From the NCBI RefSeq assembly GCF_006345805.1, contig NC_043004.1, forward strand, positions 85,064,001 to 85,128,000: a DNA stretch of 64,000 bases, read 5' to 3'. The notes beneath the pieces were generated by a model. It did no database searches, had not been told where the DNA came from, and was given only the letters and a program-made list of their open reading frames with translations. A program made the position numbers and the translations under genes. Shown here one piece after another: positions 14,405 through 27,629 of the stretch; position 1 is the first letter of the stretch, and each line of letters opens with the position of its first letter. The stretch comes from Octopus sinensis. Taxonomy: Eukaryota.

Positions 14405-15250
14405 ATAATGTGAGTGAAAAATAAGTTGGCATTACAGATTGGGAATGAAGTTCATATTCTTTTTACAAATTTATTGTAACGACCTATACATGTTCTTTAT
14501 TACATGGGAAAATGAAAGTGAATCTCCATATTTCATCGTAAGCAGCGATGGTGTAACCGGTTTCCTCAAACGGCAGAGATGGCATAAACAACTTTCTGCA
14601 GAACGTCGTCTTGAATATCATTGAGAATCTCTCGAATCCGTGTTGTCAAGGTCTCCAGTTTGTGAGGTTTTTGCTTGTACACCTGTTTTGTGTAACCCCA
14701 TTGCCCGGAGCAAGAACTGAACTTCTGGACTTCTGCACGTAATGAGGTTTCCATAGATGAAAATTCAATTCTTTATGTAACACCATAAGTATTGTGTGTC
14801 TTGTTAGTCCACATTCACCAGCTGGTTAACGTGTTGATTTTTGCGGGCTGCGATGAAATATTACCTACACTATTGCCACCTTCTTCGCTGATCGGGTTGT
14901 GGCTGGACGGCCACGTTTACTCGCATCGATCACAGAACCCTTGGTCATCAGCTTTCAATGACAAATTTTTACTGTCTTCAGACGTAGTGTTGCATGCTTA
15001 CCATTCCATGCACACCACCATATCTAAACAAGTGACAGCCCCACTTCATACCGTGCTGTTATATAGGCTCGATTCTGAACAGTCAGGTTTCCGGCCTCTG
15101 GAAAATGAGAAAAAAAACAATAAGACAATAAGAAAATAAGAAATCACAATTAGTGTTGCATGTTCAAAAAATGTTTTTGTCATGGACTCAGTGATACTAA
15201 AAATTGTATAATCAAATCGCAATGCTTAGGTACTATCACCCACCCTCTAT
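14405..15250 (-). mobile_element. Internally deleted Tc1/mariner-superfamily element (DUF4817-HTH type)
   Basis: Minus strand: N-terminal TKGSVIDASKRGRPATTRS..PAKSTR (about 14820-14950) joined to C-terminal WGYTKQVYKQKPHKLETLTTRIREILNDIQDDVLQKVV. Terminus TATAGAGGGTGGGTGAT at about 15250. Left boundary approximate. Confidence 0.75.
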
Positions 15251-15257
15251 AAACATA

Positions 15258-15725
<468 letters not shown>

Positions 15726-15939
15726 ATGAAAATAATCATGGTATCCAATTATAATGTTAGGGCTGTGTTAGAACACAGAGTACTGCGTAATTTACCTAAA
15801 GGGAATTCTCATAAAAATGTGTTTTATAAATGTATTCGAAATCTTATCGTTTGTATATGAGAATCGTCTAGTACTAGTGCCACAACTGCATGTTCACGTG
15901 ATTTCATCTTGTTATGGGTTCCTCAGTGACAAATGTCCT

Positions 15940-16210
15940 GCAGCTCTCCTCGTGAAGTTAACGTGCAAGTGGTCGAGTACTCCAGAGTCATACATGCCTT
16001 CATCGTAGTTCTCCGTCAAATTCAAATTGACAATGTGACAAGTCTTGCAGGTTTTGAATTATAGGTACTACTCATTTGTGCCAGCTGAGTGGACTGCAAC
16101 AACGGGAAATAAAGCGTCTGGCTCAAGGTTACAACGTAGCGCCGGGAGTACACCCCACGAACATCCAGTTGTGAACCGAGTATTCTAACCTCTAAAACAC
16201 GCGACTTCAC
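15940..16210 (-). mobile_element. Old SINE with CORE-like segment and family-C-like 3' domain
   Basis: Reverse complement contains GTTGCAGTCCACTCAGCTGGCACAAATGAGTA (as in family D) and GGAGTACTCGACCACTTGCACGTTAACTTCACGAG (as in family C). Confidence 0.7.
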
Positions 16211-16441
16211 GTGAAAATAGATATCTATTTAAAAAGAGAGTGAACAACTATTGAAAAGGTTGCAAGGCGCAACGAAAATTTTAGAAAAATGAATAGGTAA
16301 ATGAGTGGAATTTTACCGGTGAGTGTATTAAATTACAAGGTACTAAAAGATAATGAGTCTCCCCAGACACACACGAAGTGACATAAAGAATCTTGCAAAC
16401 CAAATGCAAAAACTAAATATTTAAAAAGAGGGATTTATATA

Positions 16442-16885
16442 GGCGTAGGAGTGGCTGTGTGATAAGTAGCTTTCTTACGAACCGCATGGTTCCGGGTTCA
16501 GTTCCACTGCGTGGCACCTCCGGTAAGTGTCTTCTATTATAGCCACGGGCCGACCAAAACCTTGTGAATGGGATTTGGTAGACGGAAACTCAATAAAGCA
16601 CGTCGTATATAAATATATATATAGATATATATTTGTGTGTGTGTGTGTGTGAGTATGTGTATGTTTGTGTGTGTATTTATGTATCTGTATTTGTTCCCCC
16701 ACCATCGCTTCAGAACCGATGCTGATGTGTTTACGGCCCCGCAACATAGCGGTTCGACAAAAGAGACCGATAGAACAACTACTAGGCTTACAAAATGTCC
16801 TGGGGTCGACTTGCTCTACTAAAGGCGGTGCTCCAGCATGGCTGCAGTCAAATGACTGAAACAAGTAAAAGAGTAAGAGAGAGTA
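16442..16885 (+). mobile_element. SINE family A, full length
   Basis: Head GGCGTAGGAGTGGCTGTGTG; tail GGCGGTGCTCCAGCATGGCTGCAGTCAAATGACTGAAAC. Confidence 0.92.
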
Positions 16886-17660
16886 ACTATCACCCACATA
16901 TAAATAATATGAACGACAGAAGCTTCTCAAATGTTTCAAAATATTGAAAATAAGAATAGTAGTTTTTGAGGAAATATACTAAAATTTTAATATACTAAAA
17001 TTTTAACTTTTTTTTCATATTAAAAAACCTGAAAAATATGTTCACGATAAATCATTGTATACAGCCTATTTTTTTTCAAAACACTGGAATAGACTACCTT
17101 GAGTGTCTTACATGCATTTTTGTTAGCATTCTTCTTTTTGCTTCCCTGTTTGATTTTACAAATATTGTAACAGCGTTAGTAATTCAATTTTAATACGCCT
17201 ATATATGGTAGTTTCTCGATTTCATCCTGGCAGCTTTTCGATGCATCGACTAGATGGAGATGATTATCATCGCATACAAATATGCGCTCAGATCCGTGAG
17301 GCATACCAGATCATTATGAATTTCATTCTTAGGAGATTAATGAGACTTTGGCTGGGAAATAATTGTCTTTCGAAAGTTTTCATATGCCCTTCTTGATAAT
17401 AACTATACAGCTTCTAATCAGTTTTAATATTTTAACAGTAAATGTGAGGAGGATGGATGGATTGTAAGAGGTGCTATAGATGTTCGCAAAATATTTTCAT
17501 GTATTTTGTTGTCTTTTTAGTTGCTCTGTTCAAAGCCCCTGCAAAGGAAATTGCATTTCATAGTTTTGGGAAACGACAAAATGAAGTACCACCCAGACAC
17601 CGGACTTCATCTATACTATTATATCCCTTCTGCCCATCTAACGTGTTATGTGTAATTTAG

Positions 17661-17661
17661 A

Positions 17662-17716
<55 letters not shown>

Positions 17717-17777
17717 GTATCACGTCTCCTTTCTCTTCAGGAGGAGTTACCTCAATCGTTTATATATTGATAATAAT

Positions 17778-17826
<49 letters not shown>

Positions 17827-17849
17827 CCACCACCACCACCAACAACAAC

Positions 17850-17886
<37 letters not shown>
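17661..17886. repeat. Compound (TAA)n/(CAA)n/(CAC)n trinucleotide arrays
   Basis: Direct reading; a short unique spacer lies at about 17715-17770. Confidence 0.95.
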
Positions 17887-17887
<1 letters not shown>

Positions 17888-18002
17888 GGATGGACGTGAC
17901 AGCGGCTGGACGTCTTCTTCGCTGCTCTGACCTGTCAGCAACTGAAGACACAGAAACACTAATACAAGTCAGTAGGAGAACTATAAAAAACTCTAAAAAA
18001 AT

Positions 18003-18890
18003 GGAATATCTACAGTTTATTGTGAGTATTTTGAATTTCTCTAAAAATAAGTTATGGAACTTACATATCTACAGTTTTGGACACACAACGAACAGCTCAA
18101 AAAATATAGAAACTCTAATATCTCCAATTTTGTGTGGAGATTTTCTTTTCCCTTCTTCCTTAACTAACAGAATATGTAAACGTGCCTTTTATTGTAACAA
18201 CACAATTAAATGCACAATAGAGGGTTAAGGAAGTAAGCACCAGCAAATATATACATACTGTACAACTACAAAAAATGTAAAACACAGAAAAACTTTTAAA
18301 AAGAAAAGAAAACATCGAAAAAAAAAAATAAATTCAGAAATTCAAAAATCCAACGAGGCGAACATCACTTCCTCCTAATATTCTCAAAGACTGGAATATC
18401 TACAATTTCCTGTGAATATTTTAAATCTCTCTCAAAATAAAGTAACTTAGGAAACTTACATACCTACAGCTTTCGAACACACAAAGGATCAGCTTTAAAA
18501 AGAAAAAAAACCTTTAATATCTATGTCTACTGTGTGAATACTTTTCCTTTCCTCACTCTCTGAGTATTCGAAAATGTAAACATCATCCTCCTTTTTATTC
18601 TAAGAACACTACAATTTCTCTCTGTGCGGTCATACAAAAGAACATATGTAGTAAATCTTAAAAACTTTACTATTTACAACTTGTTTTCTGTTTCACACTC
18701 CCCGAGGATTCGAAAATGTAAACATCCTTTTCATTGTAAAAGTCCTATTGTATTCTCAACTGGATAGAGAAGCGAACATCTCAAGAAAACTTAAAAACTT
18801 TTATATTACCCAAATATATAAACAAACCTTTTATTTCAACAACACAATCGAATTCAGAAATTCAAAAATTCAACGACGTGAACATCAGTA
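18003..18890. repeat. Degenerate tandem duplication (about 390-520 bp period)
   Basis: GGAATATCTACA..AAAATAA..ACTTACATA at about 18003 and 18394; AATTCAGAAATTCAAAAAT.CAACGA.G.GAACATCA at about 18331 and 18852; ATTCGAAAATGTAAACATC at about 18566 and 18708. Confidence 0.75.
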
Positions 18891-18892
18891 TA

Positions 18893-18923
<31 letters not shown>

Positions 18924-19429
18924 TGTGTGTGTGTGTGTGTGTGCGCGTGTGTGTGTGCGTGTGTGTGTGCGTATTATCATCATTGTTTTTTTTCTACCAG
19001 TAATTACAAATAGAACAGGTTGAATTGCTTCTTTTCAAGGCAGCGCTCTCAGTGGTCAGTGGCCACTCGTAGTAGTAAACACATTCGAAAATTCCTTTGA
19101 GTATATGTCTGACCTCCCCACCAACTGCCGAATCGATTTATAGTCCTGTAATATATGACCTGTTTGCCAAACGGCTACCCAACTAATTCTTCAAACAATG
19201 GTAGTGGTGGTGATGGTGTTAATGATAAAAATAAAAATAATAAGAATATGCTGCAGCTACTAATGCTAAAAACCATTAATACTACATTAATAATACTACA
19301 ACTATTACTATTATGATAGCACAGGAGTCTGTGCCGTTACCACCCTTACCACTACCCCACCCCTACTACTATTGCTGTTACTGCAACCACTGCTGCTACT
19401 ACACGTAAAAATAATAATATCGGTAATAT

Positions 19430-19457
19430 CAGTGATGATGATGATAAAAAAATAATA

Positions 19458-19498
<41 letters not shown>

Positions 19499-19591
19499 TT
19501 AAAAATAATAATAATAATATATTAAAAATAATATAATAATAAAAATAATAATAATAATAATATTCATAATAATAATAATAATAATAATAAT
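19430..19591. repeat. (TAA)n array directly upstream of a Dong/R4 5' fragment
   Basis: Direct reading. Confidence 0.95.
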
Positions 19592-20010
19592 GAAAGGAAA
19601 AGGGTGGAGCTTCGTGGTCTGATTGATAATGATACATCTAGTGAAGGTGTCACAATAAAATCACTGGTAATTGCGCAACCTGATAATCGCTACTTCATAT
19701 GAGTGACAATGAAAAACCAAAATATTGTGAATAACGGTGGGACTGAAACTGAAGCCAATGAGATTCTGGTCCGGCTCCAGCCTGTCGATATCCGAAAAGG
19801 GATCAGCATACACGGTGTAGATGGATGAATCAAATTAATGCTGTGGTCATGGAGTGTTACTACCTGAGCAACACGGTGGATGAAAATGGTGCTCCAATTA
19901 GGGGTTATAAGCAACGTATGATCATTGGAGAAAAAGGGATTGTTTCAACTCACGGAACAGAGACTAAGTGATCAAGCTAGAGGAATATGAATAAAATGTT
20001 GGTTCACACC
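19592..20010 (+). mobile_element. Dong/R4-clade non-LTR retrotransposon, 5' fragment
   Basis: From 19801: RCRWMNQINAVVMECYYLSNTVDENGAPIRGYKQRM, frameshift, GLFQLTEQRLSDQARGI*IKCWF. This follows the R4/Dong N-terminal pattern W..E.N..VMECYY...RGYRKRM...TEQRL.DQAR.I. Confidence 0.8.
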
Positions 20011-20402
20011 TTACTTTTAGATAATTATATTTGAATAATTCCTCCATTGGCTTCTGACATTCATATCGATTAGACAGCACGTAATTTACCGCTTTGTCTC
20101 CCAAGGAAATTTGGTAGATAATCCTAAATTCTGTATGAATGTTCATATACCATAGGATTTTCGTTCTACGGAACACTGAGATATATTCTATTGTATGTTT
20201 AAAACACCTCGTTTTATTTCTTCGGTCGTAAAAGCAATAGCACCAACCAATGGAAGCATCAATTATATAACTCCTATTGTTGTAATATTGCCTTGGATGA
20301 GACTGGACTATCATAGACCAACTGATTAAAATTTTCTCCACAAACGCTTCATGTTCTACAGACAGTTAATATACGCTTCTCTATTATCTGTTTATCCAAT
20401 GT

Positions 20403-20786
20403 GTGGAGGTGCAATGGCCCAGTGGTTAGGGCAGCGGACTCGCGCTCGTAGGATCGCGGTTTCGATTCCCAGACTGGACGTTGTGAGTGTTTATTGAGCG
20501 AAAACACCAAAAGCTCCACGAGGCTCCGGCAGGGATGGTGCTGATCCCTGCTGTACTCTTTCACCACAACTTTCTCTCACTCTTACTTCCTGTTTCTGTT
20601 GTACCTGTATTTCAAAGGGCCGGCCTTGTCACTCTCTGTGCCACGCTGAATATCCCCGAGAACTACGTTAAGGGTACGCGTGTCAGTGGAGTGCTCAGCC
20701 ACTTGCACGTTAATTTCACGAGCAGGCTGTTCCGTTGATCGGATCAACCGGAACCCTCGTCGTCGTAACCGACGGAGTGCTTACCA
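20403..20786 (+). mobile_element. tRNA-derived SINE family C, young, with TSD
   Basis: Head GGAGGTGCAATGGCCCAGTGGTTAGGGC..GGTTTCGATTCCC; near-identical to the copy at 51391-51774; flanks ATCCAATGT and ATCCTATGT. Confidence 0.93.
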
Positions 20787-20929
20787 ATCCTATGTAAGTG
20801 ATGTTACTGTTTCAATTCGGAAAATCACAGTACCAGTCTAACTGGTATGAGAGGATTTGACACAGCCGTTATTTGCTTCCAAAGATGACTGTCTCCCAAA
20901 CAGGTCATAATATTCAATTAGCCTTCAGA

Positions 20930-21118
20930 CGGCTGCGCCTAATCGTTTCAATCTGGTTCTTAGTATACTTTAGGAATGAGAACCCAGGTTCAAAATTTCC
21001 CCAAGACACCCGAAGAAGCATGGAGAGTATATCAGCCGAAACGTTGTGTTAACAACAAACAAGATGAGGACAAATATCCGCCGAATGTAACTAATGTAAA
21101 TAATGTAAATAATGTACT
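20930..21118 (+). mobile_element. Penelope-like terminal repeat remnant with degenerate hammerhead motif
   Basis: CCGAAGA-AGCATG..CAGCC-GAAACGTTGT at 21010-21047, followed by a (TAATGTAAA)n tail. Confidence 0.5.
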
Positions 21119-22119
21119 GATTCTTAGTCCTGTGCTTCACCAGCAGTATTGCGATGTTTCTCTTCTCACAATTTCGTTCCTTTGCTTTGTTTGGTTTTGT
21201 ATTATTTTCATATTAGCCATGTAGGGCCATTTTCTTTGTTCTTTTATTCAGGTGTACACTAGCTAACATTTTGTTTAGTTTGTAGCTTCTTTACAAGTTC
21301 TGTTCTGACTTTTCATCCACTCAGCTTGTGATTTGGTTTATAACAAGTTTTTCTTTTGTGCTATTTCTGTTCTTGTTCAATTTTGTATAAGTTTTCCTCG
21401 TTATATATCGTATAATAATTCTCTAGTTGTATAGCGTGTATACACCTTGCATTATTGGTAAAAATTATCTTTTATAACATATTCTTTATACTGTATTCTA
21501 AACGCAGTCGGTATATTTATATTTTTGTGTCTAGCTTTGCCAATTCATTTAGTGTTCAGTTGAAAATATCATAACTATATCTTATTGCTTCGAAAGATAT
21601 ACCAATGGTGTTTATTATCTTATTGTTTGCATTTACCTCTGTTTGAAGTATTAATGAAATGCGTTTGTAATATCACTCTCTAACCTTTTTCTTTCCTTTC
21701 AATACTGTACTTCTGTTTAGTTCATTAATTGCGAAGTATTTGTACATCTATGTTTGATCTAATGCTTTAATGTATTTTTCTTTTATCAAGTATGATATTA
21801 CAGTTATCAACTTTCCTAACTTCAATGCTGCATAGGAAAATATTTCTAATCCGAATCTCATATCATTTCTAGTAGTAAATCCCTGTACTGTTGCAGCAGT
21901 AATTCTACATCGTTCTGTATCATATGTAGCATACAGCGTGTGCTCGTCAGACTATGATAGAACATCCAGCGAGGAAATTTGCCTTCATACTCTGTTAACA
22001 GATTCATGAGAACAAAATTTCCCATCGACCGCCGGCAGCTGGAAAACGCTTGACACAGTTGAATACATCTACCCTAGGTCTGAGTATAATACTAACCCCA
22101 CACGCACACAAATACACAA

Positions 22120-22153
<34 letters not shown>

Positions 22154-22891
22154 CACCTTACAGAGCACAAACACAGAAAGAACAGGAGGAAGATCACTAG
22201 CAAGAGCATGTCGAAGACGTTACTAGTTTTCAAATAAAGAACACCGATGCACCTCTCATATAGTTCATAAAACACAGAACTTTATGACACACAAGTCAGA
22301 CAAAATGCAAAGGCAAAAGAAAAATACTTACATCTCAGGGAAGATGGAACGAAGAAAATCTCCATGATCACATAAGCTGTGAACGAATCTATTCTCTCGC
22401 TCACACCAAAGTTGGCGCAATATATCTCCTGGATCAGTTTGCTGGACATACCATCTTTAACTGTTTTATGGTGTGATACTCATCCTTCACATAATAGAAC
22501 TGATGGGTCATGTTCAGTACAAGATTATGGGTCTTGTATCTTAGCATTTACCAATTGTTCAAATTTGGTCGTGAAATGCGTCAGTTGTGACGCTAGGTCC
22601 CATTCTATAGAGGATTAATGACACTAAGATTGCCGAAATAATTTTAAAATTACGATCATCTTATTAAACACACCAAGCAGGATTACGGATAATATTTTAC
22701 GCCTGGACATCCAAAGGACCTCACTGGCAGCATTGTTGCGTGGCTGAGATTATATCTACAGACTAGAAACAACTGTTTAAAATAAACCCACAAAAGTTGG
22801 TATGTACTATTTATGTAAAAGCACTAAGGAAACTGAATACACGAAAATCATATAGAAAAAATAATATTAATAAATTTATTGTTGAATTAAT

Positions 22892-23319
22892 GGCGTAGGA
22901 GTGGCTCTGTTGTAAGTAGCTTACTTACAAACCACATGGTTCCGGGTTCATTCCCACTGCGTGACACCTTGGGCAAGCGTCTTCTACTATAGTCTCGGGC
23001 CGACCAAAGCCTTGTGAGTGGATTTGGTAGACGGAAACTGAAAGAAGCCCGTCGTATATATGTATATATATATATATATGTTTGTGTGTGTGTGTGTGTG
23101 CGTGTGTGTGTGTGTATGTGTGTCTGTGCTTGACAACCGATGCTGGTGTGTTTACGTCCCCGTAACTTAGCGGTTCGGCAAAACAGACCGACAGGATGAT
23201 TACTAGACTTACTAAGAATAAGTTTTGGGGTCGATTTGTTCGACTAAATGTGGTGCTCCAGCATGGCCGCAGTCAAATGACTGAAACAAGTAAAAGAGTA
23301 AAAGAGAGTAAAGAGAGTA
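22892..23319 (+). mobile_element. SINE family A, full length
   Basis: Complete head, internal (TA)/(TG) array and tail with (AGAGTAAA)n. Confidence 0.92.
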
Positions 23320-24124
23320 TTAGAAAGGAAGGAAAAAAAATTAGAAAAGAGGGATTATAGTTCCAGTTCTCTATAATATTTAGCAGCTGCTAAATATATT
23401 TATTATTGCCAGCTGATGTTTATTTTGTGCAGCGATATGTTTATATATTTAAGTCCTCTTCAACGCTTAATATTGGTTTGATTTGAACTTGTATTATATG
23501 TAGGGCGACTACGTTTCAGTTATTTTGTGGTGCTTGGGTGGAATTTGATAAAGTCTTTTCTAAGAATAGGTTGGTGTGATGTTTGTCCACTAATACTATA
23601 GGAAAGGGCATTTTGTAATTGACATTCTGTAAGTTTGTGCATCACGACTCTGTGTATGAACACCAGGAATGTTAATTGGTGTTGTGCTTTTCCTGGTATG
23701 AAAAATAACATTGGGAATGCTCATCACGTTTCTCCCCCATACTTGTTATCCAAATATTGTGTCTGTTTAATGCGGTTTACAATTATATTAATGTTCTTTA
23801 CAATGATAGCCTCTGATAGTCAAAGATTTCGTTTGGCTGATTGAATTACATACAATTTAGGCAGATGATCCTTAAAAGTCAATAACATTTCATTGGAAGT
23901 CGTTGCCATGAATTATGTATTAGAAAATCAGTGAGACACACGCACCAAAGAATCACGTTTAGGATACGTTCAGCCTAAATTACAATATTTGTTTTCGATA
24001 AACGGTTGCAAAGGCATCCACATTGGCGACACTAAAGTGATCCACAAAAACAGATAGATTATTTCGCTAGGATAAAAATATAAAACGTAATACATAGAAT
24101 GGAGTATATAATACATATTGGTTA

Positions 24125-24315
24125 CAAACTTTGGCTGAAGGTCAGCAGGTTCGTTAATGGGGATGAGATTACATTGCTCGCAGTGCTAAACTGGTACACA
24201 TTTTATCGATCTCCGAAGGACGAAAGGCAAATTCGAGCTCAAAACATAAAGACGGACGAAAGACCGCTAAGCATTTTACCGGCTATACTAATGATTCTGT
24301 CAGATTGCGGCCTTG
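24125..24315 (-). mobile_element. Degenerate SINE-B
   Basis: CTGGTACACATTTTATCGATCTCCGAAGGACGAAAGGCAAA..CCGCTAAGCATTTTACCGGC. Confidence 0.65.
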
Positions 24316-24761
24316 AAGTAGAATAAAACATATTAACAGGAAAAAGTGCACGTTTTAATTTGCTATTGAATTTATAGGAAATTACCAGCAAATTATCATT
24401 TACAAAATTTGAAATCACCAGCAGTTAGACAGCCATGCTTTAAAAAGAAAAAAAACAATAGGTTAGGAAGTATTACAGAATACAGGCGGTTTAGTATATG
24501 ATGAAATAGAATAAATGGTGAATAGCTTTCAATTGCTGAAAACTGATTATGAAATATGGAATTACAATTACTATATATGTAGATGATCATTTGAATGTGA
24601 TTTTTAAACAGTGACGAATATATATAGAACTAAAGTAGAGAATATAACTGTGTATTTTGTTTTGTTTTCTTATTCTATACAATTAAAATTATGGTATGTA
24701 GAATTAACAATTATATTCTGAGATTGTTCAATCCGGATTTTTTCCCAGTACTCATGTAACG

Positions 24762-24885
24762 GTGATGCATGTTGCCATGGTAATGTTAAACTTTTCTTGT
24801 GACTGTGCTGCATGGTGCGACGGTGATGCTAACCGTTTGTTGTGATGCTGATGCATATTGTGACAGTGATGGTAAAAATTTGTTC
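24762..24885. repeat. Degenerate about 43-bp minisatellite, three units
   Basis: Units resemble GTGA..TG.TGCATG.TG.GA.GGTGATG.TAA..TTTGTT. Confidence 0.6.
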
Positions 24886-25198
24886 AGTGCAGTTATTTTG
24901 AGCAGTTACTACAGAATTTGTGATGTATATATGAACTAAAAATGACAGTTTCTGGGAAACCTGGAAGTCGAATGTTGAGCAAAGACACTTGTATATCATC
25001 TATGATTGCTAAACTCTGTCTGATTTTGTTACAAATATATTAGCAGTTCATCTATCTGACTGAATTGTTTATTTAGAGTTTCAAAAGACATCGGATAAAA
25101 ACATTTTTGTTTGAAAGCTTAGCTTCATTTCATTCATCTTATGTATATATAACCTTACAATTTTTTTATTTGTATGTATATATATGTATACATTATAT

Positions 25199-25236
<38 letters not shown>

Positions 25237-25238
25237 AG

Positions 25239-25280
<42 letters not shown>

Positions 25281-25291
25281 TATGTATGTAT

Positions 25292-25342
<51 letters not shown>

Positions 25343-26333
25343 ATGTATGTATGTATGTATCAGAATATTACTTATTATTCAAATACATACAGTCATATTG
25401 TTTTTCTTGCCATTATGTCCGCTAATCGCTTGAGAATCAAGATGTTGTTTGTCGTCACAACAGGAGTACTGTACATAGAAATACATGAATTTGAAAGTTG
25501 AAGCTTGAAATAATATATACCTAAAAGCCTTGGCTAAGAACATCAAAAGGAAAACTAAATCCATTACAAAAACAAAATAGCATATTGCCATTACTTCCAG
25601 CAAAAATGAGCGCACCGGATAAAATCCCCAGCGGCATTTTGTTCCGTGTCCTTATCTTCGACTTTCAAATACTAATGACATCATGTATTGCTTTGGTCGT
25701 TATGGACTAAACCCCTCCAACTGAAATACCTGGCGTTCTGCCAAGTGTTGAAACCATTATTTTCAGCAACTTTCCAAATGTGTGACTTTCATTTGCCTTT
25801 TCGAACAGTTTTTCATATTTTGACAATTTATATGAAATTTATTGCATGTAAATTACATGTAACTATTGTTTTATGTGCAAATAAGACAAAAATACGCAAG
25901 AAACCAGCAAACTATTTGAATAACAAAAAAGTAAATAAATTTATTTTTTATTAGATATTAAAGTGTTTAATATTAAAAACCTGTTCAAATAATAAAATAC
26001 ACCACCAGCATCTACACACACACATATATATATATATATGAATACACACACACATATGTATATATAACTACACACATACACAGGAATACGCACAGGCACG
26101 TGCATCCGCGCACACACGCACACTCACGCATGCATACGTATATACATATCTATTTATGTAAATCATCAAAATATTGGAATAAATAGCATTTTTTTAATAT
26201 AACAATATGAATTGTCAAAATAATATATAGAACACAAGCAAAGAATGAAATTTGAAAAGTAGCTTCACACAAAGAAATTTCTCGTGCGTAATTTTCAATA
26301 ACACTTCAAACGAGAAAATATTTTCTTAACATA

Positions 26334-27171
26334 TATTGTGTTGGCAAGAAAGTAATTTCGGTTATTTAGTATAACATAAAAGTCATTTTATTTCATACCA
26401 AGAATGAGCTTTAATCAATTATATATTTTCCATTTTGTTCGATCATATTTTGCCATCTTTGTAGCAAATTCATGATTCTTCACTCATAGAAATGTTGGTC
26501 CTTATCATCTAAAAACTTAAGTAAGTGCGATTTCAGATCATCACAATTATTGAACGTTTTACCATTCAAAGGATTTTGGAAACGTCGAAATAAATGGTAA
26601 TCTGATGGTGCAACGTCAGGTTTATATAGTGGATGTGACATCACTTACCAGATAAGCTCCACTGATTATTCATGAGTTAGCAAAAACATGTATGGTCTAG
26701 CGTTGTCATGTTGGAAGACGATTCATATACCATTTGCCAAATTCTGACAGTTTTTCTTTGATTGCCTCCCCAATTTCACTAGCTGTTGTCAGTAAATATC
26801 TGAATTGATCGTTTGGTTCATTGGAAGCAGCTCAAAATACACAGCACCTTTGTAATCTCACCAAATTGACAGTATAATCTTTTTTCATGCAATTCATCTT
26901 TCAATGTGGTTTGTGGTGGTTCAATACGAATGGATCACGAGCTTCATATATCTCTTTGTGAGCCTCATCAGCTTTCTTGCCTTTCCGGAAATAGAAAAGC
27001 AAACTATGGCATGGATGTTCGTTTTTGCACTCCATGTCAAAATGGACACTGAATTAACAGTTGTGAACAAAATTACGCGCACTTTGCATCTAAAGTAAGT
27101 GAACAATAATGACTCTCAAATGTCAAATGAAAATAATCACAACATAGACATAACTTATATTATGCCCAATA
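26334..27171 (-). mobile_element. Internally deleted mariner (DD34D) element
   Basis: TIR-like ends TATTGTGTTGGCAAGAAAGTAATT and, on the minus strand, TATTGGGCATAATATAAGTTAT. Minus-strand peptides HDNARP, YKPDVAPSDYHLFRRFQNPLNGK and RWQNMIEQNGKYIID*. Confidence 0.88.
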
Positions 27172-27295
27172 TGTATGTATAAAATGTTTTCATTTTAAGA
27201 TGTGTGCTAAATAATACTTCCAAAGATTTCAACGTGACTGAAATAGTTGTTCATTTCGAAAATATTTATTACAGTTCAGATTCATATATACATAC

Positions 27296-27343
<48 letters not shown>

Positions 27344-27629
27344 ATGTTCTAAATAATGTACAACCAGGTGTTACTTTGTAGCGAATTAACTTTGATATGA
27401 AGAACCATATTGTCAATAATTATTTCAGGGATTGGTGAAGTAGGGAAGAGACATAGAATTTCTGTCGCTTCCCTCACGGTTCATTCGAACTTATATCAAG
27501 GCCGTGGTAGAAGACTTGGCTGTACAACTCAGGCTGTTGGCGTCTGGTTTTCATTTACACCTGACTAAATTGTAGTAAGGTGATGAAATGTAATCGTTTC
27601 GCAAGAATAAAATATCTTCTGGTGCAAAT

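Larger units (their letters stand above)
20050..21935 (-). mobile_element. Decayed Dong/R4-clade ORF, 3' half, interrupted by SINE-C and a Penelope-like segment
   Basis: Minus strand in order: TVQGFTTRNDMRFGLE; YKYFAINE..KKKVRE*YYKRISLILQTEVNANNKI..YSYDIFN*TLNELAKLDTK; KMALHG*Y; KILWYMNIHTE (compare KILWDF.I.TD before the restriction-like endonuclease). Confidence 0.75.

Noticed and set aside
20403-20475. tRNA-like sequence (also heads of SINE A, B, D)
   Set aside because: Continues into a SINE body with TSD and multiple copies; not an independent tRNA gene.
24762-24885. Regularly spaced repeats as CRISPR-like array
   Set aside because: Three degenerate tandem units without unique spacers, in eukaryotic DNA with no cas genes.
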